Part shown: positions 1 to 11,443 of the stretch, piece after piece
Numbering within the stretch: position 1 is the stretch's first letter
Layout: every line of letters starts with the position of its first letter
Made by a program: the position numbers and the translations under genes
The notes under the pieces: generated by a model
Seen by the model: the letters and a program-made list of their open reading frames with translations, nothing else
Databases searched by the model: none
What the model was told of the DNA's origin: nothing
Assembly: GCA_051530055.1 (NCBI GenBank)
Contig: CM121341.1
Span: 11,696,784-11,760,783 of the forward strand
Reading direction: 5' to 3'
Length of the DNA stretch: 64,000 bases
DNA from: Neoechinorhynchus agilis
Taxonomy: Eukaryota > Animalia > Acanthocephala

Positions 1-347
1 GTGCAGAAACTTTCGCAACGATACCATTAGCCTCCGTTCCTGTATCGATCGAAGCCCTCAGCGTCGATTTCCTCGGATCGAAGAACGACGAATTTAATAA
101 AATTCTCGCAGATTTCCCCTATATAACGAGACCTACCTTTTCGGACGTTTCGACCAAACATGCAGTGGAGCACATTATTGAGACACAAGGACAACCACTC
201 CATGCTAGACCGCGACGCCTGCCACCCGATAAACTCGCTATTACTAAATCCGAATTCAAAAATATGGAGGATCTTGGAATCATTAGACGCTCAAATAGCC
301 AGTGGTCGTCTCCGTTGCATCTCGTACCCAAATCAGGCGGTTCTTGA
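1..347 (+). mobile_element. Ty3/Gypsy pol fragment (protease-RT junction), truncated; copy 1
   Basis: Translation ...EHIIETQGQPLHARPRRLPPDKLAITKSEFKNMEDLGIIRRSNSQWSSPLHLVPKSGGS* is the typical start of a Gypsy RT; it stops before the RT core. Confidence 0.85.
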
Positions 348-523
348 AAGGCTCCATAACGTGTAGTATCCGTGATTTATTTAGGTCACCCTTCAACAAT
401 TTCTCACACAATCACACAGGCCCACACACAATAAGATGGACATTAAAGCATAGAATTGGAAACAAGCTCAAATAGCACTGCCTTGATTGCTCCGGGAATT
501 TACAGTAATGTCCCCCTCCATGG

Positions 524-611
524 ACGACTTCTCTACAACCTCATAATTCTTGTTCTCTTCAGAACTTACGACTTCTCTACAACCTCATAATTCTTGTTCT
601 CTACAGAACTT
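524..611. repeat. 44-bp tandem duplication (2 copies) in the former USP 3' coding region
   Basis: acgacttctctacaacctcataattcttgttctct(t/a)cagaactt occurs at 524-567 and 568-611; single copy in USP copy 3. Confidence 0.9.
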
Positions 612-718
612 TTGTCTTTTTTATAATTATCTGTACATTGTTCGTTTTCTCCATTTTCCAAATGTTCGAAGCTATCCGCACTTTGCGAACTTTCCTGGTT
701 CAAACAAGCTGCTCTATT

Positions 719-2309
719 TTACTTCTTGGCACTTCCGCAATTTTCTTTAGATTCCGGGGCAACCGGATTCTGATAAATGAGTTCATAAAACAAGATGTAC
801 CCAGTAAGAACACGCCTCTTACTCTCTTGATCAGCTGGATTCACAGGTGGGTTAACTCCCGCAACTCCATTTGAGAGATCAAATGGTTCAGGCAACAAAG
901 CATCCTCCGTTTTTTCCGCCGTCGCATTTTCCTCCTCGACCTCATCTACTCCATAAAACTCCTCAAACACATTTCCATTGACGTCTTTGACTGATGCATC
1001 GTCGAGTATTAACCATTTGTAATCATTGTATGTCTTGGTCACCGATGATTCCGCGGGCTCCTGCGGTTCAGTTATATCCTTGCGGATCACCGTTATGAAA
1101 TGTCCAGTGTTGTGGTTCGCTCCGCAGTGTACAATAAAACATCGAAGACGGTAACGTGCGTTATTCACATCGATTTCAATGGAAAGTGGAACCTTTGCGC
1201 ATACTTTTGTGTAAGTAAATTTTTCTTCTTCTTGAACGCATTTGAACCTTTTCAAGTGAAGGATTAGAATTCTGGGACATTTGTCAATCACCATTCGAAT
1301 CGTTTGTTCATTATGTGCCCAGCAATTTGTACAAAAATGTGGACTTTCTGACTCGAGAATTTCAGGAGTGCTGAAGTCTCTCAGACACTGTTCAACCGTA
1401 CGACCCGCTTCTATTAAATTATTTCTGGTATTTTTAAATCAGGTATCAGTGTAGATAAACCAATTTTACAGAAATATAAATCACAATTTTTCTATTATCA
1501 TATTCTTACCAGTGTGCTTAGGAGGATGCGACTCCCAAAAATGGAACCCATCCAGCCCCTCCCCCCTTCTTGTACCAGAAACAATTCTAGACGTCAAGTG
1601 ATACGTCGTAAAATATTTCCGATTGTTTGGGTCCATCATGACAGAGAATGCAACTCGTCTTATGAACCAATGTTCCCATGAAAATGTCACCAACTATGCA
1701 TTTTTTCGTAATTTCATCCTGAAGGTTGTCAGCGCAAATGTTTATGAGATAATTCAGAAATTCATGGGCATCGTGTTGGTACGGCCGCTTAAAACTACTT
1801 CCATTACTTTGAACCTCGTTAATAAACTTCTTTGGTTTGACTGCAGGTAGGTGGTTATTTCTCCTAAGAATTCTCCGTTTTCTACCAGGTTCCAAAAGCT
1901 CTTCGAAAACTTTTCCCAGGTGATATACTAATGCCGCTCCTCTGACATTTTCATTACCCGGTGGAGAATTCCTTCGTTCGTTCGATTGGCTACGAGCTAA
2001 ATGTTGTTGTAGGAATTGAACGCGGAATTCATCGCAGTGAAACAAAGCTTGTATCACCGCATTGCAATAGCAAGTATTTCCGAAATTAACAAGTCCTCTT
2101 GTAGGTATCGATGGTGTTGATGAGCCCGTTGCAGATGAATCCGAGCTAGGTGATTCGATCTGCTCAGAATCTCTCCGCTTTTTTCCTAACACACCCCAGT
2201 TTGCAAATTGGCGTTCTACTTTTCGACCCTGCGTTTCCAACCATTTCTTGATTTCTGCACCTTTTCCCTGACATTCTTTGATTGTTTTCGACTTTCTGAC
2301 AAGTCCCAT
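719..2309 (-). pseudogene. USP12/46: USP12/USP46-family ubiquitin-specific protease, copy 1, probable pseudogene
   Basis: Cys box GLVNFGNTCYCNAVIQALFHC, QHDAHEFLNYLIN, His box HCGANHNTGHF. Versus copy 3: TGG>TAG at 1587-1589, splice donor GT>GG at 1562, TCA>TAA at 719-721. Confidence 0.85.
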
Positions 2310-2832
2310 CTTAAAGTTCTAGGTTAAAGAAACTGATAAAAGCGAAGAAACCCCCATTAAAAATTTGTTCTGAGGAGACTATTGAGGCAACGGGTGAATC
2401 ATTTTAATTTTAAATAGGGCTGTCATCTCACTACAAACGATGTGAATTGTTAAGCGAAGTGTACTATAGCGGTAGAATATTATTGATAGTCCAGTAAGCG
2501 ATAGAACGGGGGGGGGCTTCGGGAGCCCTTGCTCACGTGAGCGAGATTATCAATTAGGGATAATAATCACGTGCAGTGTTCAATGATATGAATGCTTTAT
2601 AGCTGATAATAAGCGTTACTGTCACGCGAAATTAGTTAATTATGAAATTAATAGAAAGTTTGTCCATCGATCAATAAAAAATAACCCTAGCCTTGTTGAA
2701 CTATGAAATCAAGTTTTATATTTCTGTTTTTTTTAATTAGAAAATGAATTTTATTTAGGTTTTATTTGATTTTTTTTAACGCGTGACAAACAAGAGTTTA
2801 AACTGCGCGATCTTAGCAATCGGCATTGGGCG

Positions 2833-3475
2833 ATGTCTTATCGAACGGATTCCGAGGTAACAGTAGTAAAATACCATCGAAAAGATGTTGCAAACAAACG
2901 TGAGCCTCCTAATATAATAAATTTCAATCAAAGTATCAATGGAACAGTGGCAAGCAATTTTAATCGAGGACCACGTAACATATTTCTTGAATCACCTGCG
3001 TCTTGCTATCCCGTTGATATTTATGGCAGATGCCGATTGAATGGAACGGGAGGTAGCAGATACTGCAATAATCAATTAAAAACGAGTTCAAACGTCGACT
3101 GCAACGAGGTGGCTCAGAAATACAAGTTTTATTTAGCCGTGGAGAATAGCCTCGGTTGTCAGGTATTTGTCTGTGGTTATGAGTGCAACAGAAGACGATT
3201 TCGATATGCTGGCAATTCCGAAATCGTATTTGCGTGCAGAATCTGCAGACGGGTTCAAAGATCTTGCATCAAGACTGACTTTGTTGAGCCGTAACTATGA
3301 TGAGTACTTGAAGTATTTTGAATGGATGAAGGAATTTTCTGTTGGAAGCGACTATGGACATTGGTGCAAACTGTGCACTCGACTCAACGGTAGAAGTTCT
3401 AACAATGATTTGACTTATAGGAAATGTCTGAAATTTAACGAATGGTTTAATTCGTGGCCTGGAATCTACTTTTAA
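2833..3475 (+). pseudogene. GT10 alpha-1,3-fucosyltransferase C-terminal fragment, copy 1
   Basis: MSYRTDSEV (cf. MTYRRDSD), VDIYGRC, YKFYLAVENS, YLKYFEW and WCKLC, split over two frames; the DYxTEK segment is missing. Confidence 0.75.
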
Positions 3476-4289
3476 ACCAAAAAAGGCTTTATTTAAAAAC
3501 AGAAAGTAACCCTGCGATTTTGTTTTTATTAAGACCGAAATAGTTTCCGCAATTGAAACGGAACGCAATCCAGTTGGGTTTAAAAGAAGCTTTTATAATG
3601 CACCTTACTTGAGTACATTATTTCTTCGTCGTTATATTATCCAGTATTTCAAAATAACTGCTGCGCCCGAGATCAATAAATGTTGAACTCTCCAAACGGC
3701 TATGCTGACTGCTACGTATTTTGTCGAACCTTTGAATTGTGATCTAAGAACTATGACGATTCAATCGAAAAGTTTGATCGTTTTAGTTGGAAAGCATTCT
3801 AAAGTTGACTAACTTACCTGTAAAAAGTAGAACTGAGAAACAAATAATTTTATCGTATAGTTAAGTAATGTATTGCAAAAACATTCTATAATCTAGGAAA
3901 AAGTAGTCGCTCAAAACTGTTATTAGCTAATTATTATGAAGAAATCAAAGATTTTAGTCTTCAGTGAGTTAATAACTACCATTTCTGGAAATTTATGATA
4001 GGACAGAACTCGTAGAACCTGACGAAATACGATTGCTATGTGCTTTTCCAAAATGTTCAAATTTTTCCTTTTGTAAACAATTACCTCGCAACTTTACGAC
4101 CATTTAATAAATAACGAGGGAGGCTCACTATCAATGTAAGCATCTTCCCTGTCTCGATGCATTAATTCACAATAATCCAATCGCTCGTCTCTAACGATCT
4201 CAATATAATTTACATCAGGTTCCTTACAACCCATAAACAATTCATACATTTACTTTTTTAGCAAATTATAATAATTGATTTATTTATTT

Positions 4290-4325
4290 GATAATTTTCG
4301 GCCTTCGCGTAGGCCTTCTTCAATC
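4290..4325 (-). ncRNA. Degenerate minimal hammerhead motif, family C (also at 22375-22410)
   Basis: Minus strand reads ga-UUGAAGA-A-GGCC-uacgcgaa-GGCC-GAAA-AUUA-uc; C3>U; same stem II as the motif at 54384-54421. Confidence 0.55.
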
Positions 4326-4989
4326 CATTGTTTTCGGAGAAAAATTTGAGTAAGGCTTCTAACGATCCTTCATCTTTTTCGTCGTTCTCATACGATCCCA
4401 ATACATTTTCTAGGCTTATTCCTTGCTATTTGAGGCATTCTTATAACCTTGAAATATATATAAGATCGTTAAATTCGCTAATAATGAAATCAGACATCGT
4501 AGCAGCAGTCATTCTCGGTTGCTTTTTTCACTTTGAAATTATATGCTCTTCAAATGACAAAGGATCGCGTCCTCGTATTTTATTTTCATTAAAAGATCCT
4601 TCACTAAATGCATTGTGCATTGTTGCGAATCGTCTTTTCTTTAATAAAATCACACGTACATGCAGTTCACTGTTGTTTAGTCTATTTTTATTAAATCATT
4701 TGAAATGGAAGCAAAAAAGAGATTATTCCAAGCGGATTTCGGTCCCTCAAAGCGACGCCAATATTTGAGAAGGCGTGAGGTTATGATGATAGGCACTAGT
4801 AAGATTCTACAAACAAATTCGTTAGTCAGCCGATTAACTAGACCATTGTACATGTCAAACAGTTTCACAATATCTGAAAGCTATATAAATTTGTAAAAAT
4901 TCAAATAAAAAATAAATTCAAAATCTTGTGAAATACTACTTGATTTTCCAGCCGCATGATAAATCAAGTTTAATTTTTAAATTGACACA

Positions 4990-6720
4990 TGGGCGTCGCC
5001 GTCTTACGGCTTTCTCAGGGATCTTCAAAGGCTCGTGGAGATGTGACGTGTGCTAAAGTAGCGACACCGAAGCGGAAAGTTCGTCCCACTTTGTTGAGCA
5101 GTTCTAGGGCTTTGTCTAGCAAATGTCCAGAACTGTCCCTCGCATTGTCTACGGAAACGCCATCCCTTCCACTTTTAGCTGCCCGGGATATAAGTAGTGC
5201 TTACGTGCTAGATAATTCCACCCGTGGTCCTTGCCCGAGAGGTTTACTTTGGCGTCGCTTCGGCACTCGGATTCATGCTTTTTCCATGGCATGACCATGA
5301 TTTTGCGTCCTGATTCAATCTACCGCGAACGTGTTCCGTCAAACATTGACGCCAAGGCCGTTCAGTTTTGCTTGTCTATAGATTAACTCGTGAATGCCAT
5401 CGGCCAAACATCGTTCGTAGGTCATTCCATAGACCAAGTTTCTCCAAATGCAAATCGAATCTTGTCTTTCATTTGTTTCCATAGACATAAGGGACAACGC
5501 TCGACGTATTTAAGGCGTTTAATGATGTCCAGTTCTCGCCAGGATTCTCCTAAGTGTGATCGCGCTTCTATGGACAACACTGGCATCTACTCGCGATCAT
5601 AGCATCAGCTTTCAAACGTTACTGGTGAGACTTTCACTGTTATATGGGATCTTGAGAATCGGGCTTCCTGCATATCGTTTCGTCGAACGATCATCGTTCA
5701 GGTTCATCTCTCTTGAATCATAGCGCTGTTGGAACCGCATTATCTCGTTACTTGAATATCCATCAACAGCGAAAATTGCCAAAACGTTTCTCCGTTAACG
5801 ACGGTAAGCAAACCAGTGCTGTCTCGTGCATCTCAGCATAAATTGCCAGTTTCATCACCCAAGGATGATGGGAATCTCGATGCATGACTATCCTTTTACG
5901 GTTTGCGATACCAACCGAAATCAGTGACTTGATTAACTTTTTAGCAAAAATTGATGAAAGGCAGATAATCCGATGGTTTGCCCCGAATCACCTTAATATC
6001 ACTAGTAAAATCCATAGAACTAAACCTATTCTAAACGTCATCTATCTCACAATATTCTCTGTAGGTGAACAGCACATCGTCCACATAGCGGAGAGGCCGC
6101 GGTTCGATTTCGAGATGTGAGTGGTCGCAATTCCTAAAGCTGATAACTACACCGATAAACGTTTGTTCCAGGTGCGGGAGGGTATGGAATTTCTCACGAA
6201 TTGTTCAAGGATCAAAAACTTAAATGGAATATAAATCGAGTTGAAAAAGACGCATTTGTACAGGCGAAAAGCAGATTAAGGGAAATGTAGATTCATACTT
6301 CATTGAGTGACAAAGACGGTGACCTAAATTCGATCTATAAAGGCGCAGAAGAGATAATGATAGAGGAATTAATGCGAGATCGGACCACATATATACATAT
6401 ATATGAAGGAATCGTAGGATGATTGTGAATTGAAGCAAAAAGTTGAATAGCATCTTTCATGAAGTGATAGCCGCAAGAGAGTTGAAAAGAATGAGTAGAT
6501 TCGTGCATGGACCATTGCTGGTGCCCGTGATGTATCGAATGGTCAAAATGCACAAGATACTGGTCGGTCCAGCATCTTTGATTAGATGCAGTACAAATTA
6601 TTTCGGCAGTCAATGGACCTGCGTACTGATTATCTCGCTTCTTGTCGATGGCGATTAGCCCACTGCTTCAGAAAACGATTGCTTATTTACGGAATGTAGA
6701 AGGCTCACTTAATTCTCTGA
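4990..6720. mobile_element. Degenerate Penelope-like element in two opposite orientations; copy 1
   Basis: Minus strand about 5000-6200 gives WYRKP..MHRDSHHPW and PILKIPY. Plus strand 6443-6658 gives VIAARELKRMSRFVHGPLLVPVMY. Both are homologous to the PLE ORF at 44472-46620. Confidence 0.75.
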
Positions 6721-7136
6721 ATGCACGATGCAATGACTAAAATGGTAGTACACTTTACTCGGGAGAGTTATCAAAATCTGCAACATTGATCATGAGAGAA
6801 TCCTGGAAATCGATAATATCAAGTGCCAACTCGCCCCGTTGGTTGGGCACAATAACGGGTCGTACGTTGGTCGTCCCCTCCCAACGATCACTCCGCTCAG
6901 TCCCATTTTTCACCTCCTTCGAGCAAAATAAAACATCAATACATAATTTCATTCTAACCCAGTGATAAAAGTGTTGTCAATGGGGGCACAGAACCTGGGA
7001 GTGCAATAACGAAATCAAATGTATGTTTTGCTCAGGAGGAGGGCATCAAGGTTTCAGGAGAGTATGCCCTGTCGCTATAAGATATTGGAAAAGTGTCAAC
7101 AAGGACACATCTTCAGGGAATGACTGGGTAGGATTT

Positions 7137-7669
7137 ACTGCATCATCCTCGAACTTATCGACCCTCTTACCCTCATTATAAATCACTGCTTTTTATATGG
7201 CATCTACCATTCGTGCCTGCAATGTTTTGTAAAAACGCACGATCCCTGACCTGGAATTTCTCTGGCTAGAAGGCATCGTTTTAGGAATTTAATATATTCA
7301 ACTACTCCTATTGTTTGTTTATGAAGTATTATGACATAGTTGATTCTCCATGAACAGTGACGACAAAAGCAGTGTCCCATTTTCTTGAGGATTGTATTCG
7401 CGTGGTTTGATATGTTGTTATTTTGGTCGATCATAATGCCCAACTGGGGGTATGACGCGTACAGTAGAATTTCTGATTCCACTCACACATCTATTGAGCA
7501 ATGAAGATAAGGCAAAATCCAGCACAAGGTGGATTTTGAAAAGGCGAGATTCATAACCAGCGAACCGGATCTTAGAAGAAGACTGATTCTTGAGGCCATT
7601 CACATCCGGGGAAATCCGACGATGGAAGGCAAAAAATCAAACCACACGCTGGTGCTACCAAAGTTGCGT
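7137..7669. repeat. Direct repeat X, copy 1 (composite LINE/PLE fragments); partner at 9042-9573
   Basis: Near-identical 533/532-bp blocks 1905 bp apart, with about 6 diagnostic differences. Confidence 0.95.
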
Positions 7670-7974
7670 TCCTATTATTAAAACGTTTTATCGTTGGATT
7701 CGTTTAATGGTAAGAGCAACCAACATATAAAAATTAAAAGGTTAACAATTTACTCACCCAAGAAAATTCACTTGAATATCCGACCGTGGCCCACCATGAA
7801 GTCAAGCATCTAAGGCACATCGAAATAAATCTTGTGGCGCGCAAAACATCGGGGTCGTGCGGTTATGTTTAAGAAAATTAAATATAATTCACGAACCGTA
7901 AAAGCTACCTCGAAAAGAAGAGCATAATTGGAATGAGCGGATCAAGTTGGACTTGACGGACAATACTTCAAGAT

Positions 7975-9130
7975 GAGAACATTCGATTGGTTGAAGAAGT
8001 GCTGCACAGGTTTCATCAATAAAACCCTGCTCTTCATCTCTCATAGGCTCTCTGCAAAACGCCGATCAAGATTTCATCGCCGTCAATTTCTCAGCTCCTC
8101 TAAGAAATGATATTGGAGAAGTCACAATTGCTGGCGTCTACCGCCCTCCTACCTCTCGTCCTAAGTCTCCATTATGCCAACTTGTTTCCATGATGGAGCT
8201 CGTAAACTCCACAAATTCACACCATTTCTTAATTGCAGGGGACTTCAATAATCTATTTCCCCTCTACCCTTCTCCGCCTTACGTAAACTTATTGACTTCC
8301 CAAATCGTCTTGACGCTCACCTCGACAAAGCGTTCACAAATATTGATGCCTACTCATCCGCCTCTAAACTACCTCCCCCAAAAAACTCTGACCACTCTTC
8401 TGCCCTTTTCACTCCACCTACCCCACCTCAGCGTCGAAAAGCACCTCGCTCACCTGTCTGGGATAAACGGGATCGTATTATCCACAATTTTATAAAATTG
8501 TGAATTCTATGATTGACAAATTCCACTCTGACAACACGGATGAACCTGCCTTGGCCATATCCTCCCTAACCTCAATCACAAAATATTTCCTAACTTCGAC
8601 AAATCCCAAGAAATCCAATAGAATATCAAACCGTGACCCACCATGGATACCCACCATCTTGAAACTCCTTGAAAATAGAGCATCTAGGGTCCGCCGCAAT
8701 AAATCATCTGAATTTCCAGTTTACAAAAGCACTATCTCACAAAATATTGTTGCCTACAAAAACTTTCTTTCCTCCAAAATTCGTTCAGGTGGCAACTCGT
8801 CATGGTGGCGGGCCGTCAAAAATCCCTTTGTCTACACAACGCTTATCCATTCAAAAACTCGTTCTCTTCTTAACTAAGACATGTTCAAGACTTCATCAAT
8901 GAGAACCCCTGCCCTCACCAACTGACACGTTTGTCAACTCGCCGATACTCCCCCTAGTTTCGTCATACGAATAACTCCAACATCTCAAAAAAGTACCCCG
9001 AAATTCGTCTTCTGAAGCCGAAATCCCAATCTGGGCTCTTCACTGCATCATCCTCGAACTTATCGACCCTCTTACCCTCATTATAAATCACTGCTTTTTG
9101 TATGGCATCTACCATTCGTTCCTGCAATGT
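7975..9130 (+). mobile_element. CR1/L2-like LINE fragment (APE endonuclease to start of RT), degenerate
   Basis: AGVYRPP, HFLIAGDFNN, LDAHLDK and CIILELIDPLTLIINHCF; homologous to the LINE at 55560-58293. Confidence 0.75.
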
Positions 9131-9573
9131 TTTGTAAAAACGCACGATCCCTGACCTGGAATTTCTCTGGCTAGAAGGCATCGTTTTAGGAATTTAATAT
9201 ATTCAACTACTCCTATTGTTTGTTTATGAAGTATTATGACATAGTTGATTCTCCATGAACAGTGACGACAAAAGCAGTGTCCCATTTTCTTGAGGATTGT
9301 ATTCGCGTGGTTTGATATGTTGTTATTTTGGTCGATCATAATGCCCAACTGGGGGTATGACGCGTACAGTAGAATTCCTGATTCCACTCACACATCTATT
9401 GAGCAATAAAGATAAGGCAAAATCCAACACAAGGTGGATTTGAAAAGGCGAGATTCATAACCAGCGAACCGGATCTTAGAAGAAGACTGATTCTTGAGGC
9501 CATTCACATCCGGGGAAATCCGACGATGGAAGGCAAAAAATCAAACCACACGCTGGTGCTACCAAAGTTGCGT
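9042..9573. repeat. Direct repeat X, copy 2
   Basis: See 7137-7669; its left edge is contiguous with the upstream LINE reading frame. Confidence 0.95.
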
Positions 9574-9803
9574 AGCATGACGGGCAAATAAATCGGCAAC
9601 AAACCGCAAGAGGTGTGTGCGGATGGAACTCCCCACACTTCGGGTATTAGCAAACCCGCGGATCTGAGCTACATCCAGACGTGACCGGCTGTGCATGCTG
9701 TCTATGTCCTCCATTTTAGATAGACTGAAGAGGCAAGGAAAACCTTGCGAAATATTTCTAAAATAAATGAGTAACGAAAACACCGGGGAAAGGATTCGCC
9801 AAC
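9390..9803 (+). mobile_element. 3' end of Penelope-like family B (also about 25571-25984)
   Basis: Homologous to the GIY-YIG C-terminus and 3' UTR at 47822-48350 (minus); ends ggattcgccaacg. Confidence 0.8.
9721..9760 (+). ncRNA. Minimal type I hammerhead ribozyme motif, family B
   Basis: UAGA-CUGAAGA-G-GCAAGG-aaaa-CCUUGC-GAAA-UA-UU/UCUA: 4-bp stem I, 6-bp stem II, palindromic AUAU stem III. Predicted cleavage 9756/9757; AATAAA follows. Confidence 0.85.
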
Positions 9804-9804
9804 G

Positions 9805-11443
9805 CATTTAATTTTATGGATAGCCGCTTCCGCATATAATTGTGATTTTGTCGTCAATGGCCCAAATATTGATCCTCCTCTAAGGATTCGCTTCGGAACA
9901 ATTGCGAAATCGTCATTCAACCTCTGGATTGACGAATGCGCGCACTCAATAAAAGGCAATCGAAGAATAATGAGAGGCTGCGTAACCGCGCTCTATATTT
10001 CAATCATAGTGCGCGTTTCGCAAACGAAATTTTTAAAGACGCGAAATCATCAAGGCCGAATATTCATCTGCCGACAGCAAGAAAGCATTACGGCGACCTC
10101 TCCGAAGGCAACAACCAACCGGATTTCACAGAGGAAAACTTACCCGAAGATTCAATTACACTACATAATCTGTCAGTTATAACAAAAGAAGAAATTGGAA
10201 ATGCAATCCGCGGAACAAAACCTAGAAGTGCACATGGACCCGACAAAATATCACTCAGAAACATCAAGGCATTCGATAGGCACCTCGCTGGTTTGACGAT
10301 ACTCTAATTCAATAATGGAAACAGGGCATCCTCTGAATTAATGGTTAGATAGCAAAACCATTTTATTGCCAAAGAATGGAGCGCGTTCACACATCTCTTC
10401 TGACCTGAAAGCATGGCTACCAATCACCATTTCATCGATTCTTTTACGAATCTTGCATGGATAGCTCTTGGGGAGGATCAGAACTCTCCTTATCGACACT
10501 CGAGGAAGTCGAGCAAATGTGGAGGACAACATTAAAGAAGCTCTTCTTCTTACTCCACTACCTCAACGACGGAGCAATATTCCTCCCACTGAGCAAAGGT
10601 AGATTGGGTATTACATCTATACAGCAATCCGTTATGGCCGTACGCTTAAAGGCTTGCCTCAGTGCAAAAGAACACTGCCCGAGCCTTGAAACACCAAACG
10701 CCTACAACAATACAGTACAAAAAAATTTTCGGGTCTCGGAGCTACCGAGTATATATTAGCGTCATCGCAAGTAAAAAATCTTAGCACGGAGTCTAATGTG
10801 AGGAAATGGATGTAATCTAAGACCCAATAGCAAGGTATCAAAGCATTCACAAGCTGCAACTTCGTAGGCAAGACAATCACAAGCATTCCTCCGAATTGAT
10901 AAAAGTGCGATTTCAACTTCTCGAATTCGGCTCTCATCTAACGACAATTGAGCACAACAGAACAAGAAAATGTCGCCAGTGCACTATCCGAGACGCAGAA
11001 CCAAAAACTACATCCACGATCCTAAACTGCAGCTCTATAAACCAGATGCCAAGAGGCGTACACGCAAGAGCAGAGGAAATTATGAGTGCAGAGAAGAAGT
11101 ACCGAGTAATATCAGAAGACGTACCATGAATGCTCGGGTTCTGTAATCGCCGCATCAATACAATGGGCTTTGCTGTCGGCTCAAGATGAACCTATTCAAT
11201 GGAATTAATCACGCGGCTCAAAAATTTTTATTTGTCAATTAACACCGCATTGAATATAGCAACAATTGCAGTAAAGATTACCTTTCATGTCTTTATGAAT
11301 AGAGAAAGGACTCGGTAACAATTCAACGGTACTCGAACAAAAAAGAAAACAAAACAATGGAACTTATCCAAAAGAAGAAAATGACACTGAGTGAAAAACT
11401 CTAAACTATGTAAGAATTTCCACCTCCAAAATAAATGATCATA
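9805..11443 (+). mobile_element. 5'-truncated, internally deleted R2 retrotransposon; copy 1
   Basis: RT N-terminal motifs (SAHGPDKI, KTILLPK, WLPITISSILLRILH), thumb-like LSKGRLGI and Cys motif CRQC..TILNC. The 3' end abuts TAGCCAAATGCCTCGTC, the canonical R2 site in 28S. Confidence 0.85.

Noticed and set aside
119-366. Many short ORFs in the track, here and elsewhere
   Set aside because: Alternative-frame or antisense shadows of TE, USP or THOC2 coding sequence.
2620-2790. tgtcacgcg/cgcgtgaca as MITE TIRs
   Set aside because: Only 9 bp and no TSD.
7085-7120. Minus-strand CUGAAGA-U-GUGUC/GACAC as a further hammerhead
   Set aside because: Followed by UUUUCC instead of GAAA; core incomplete.
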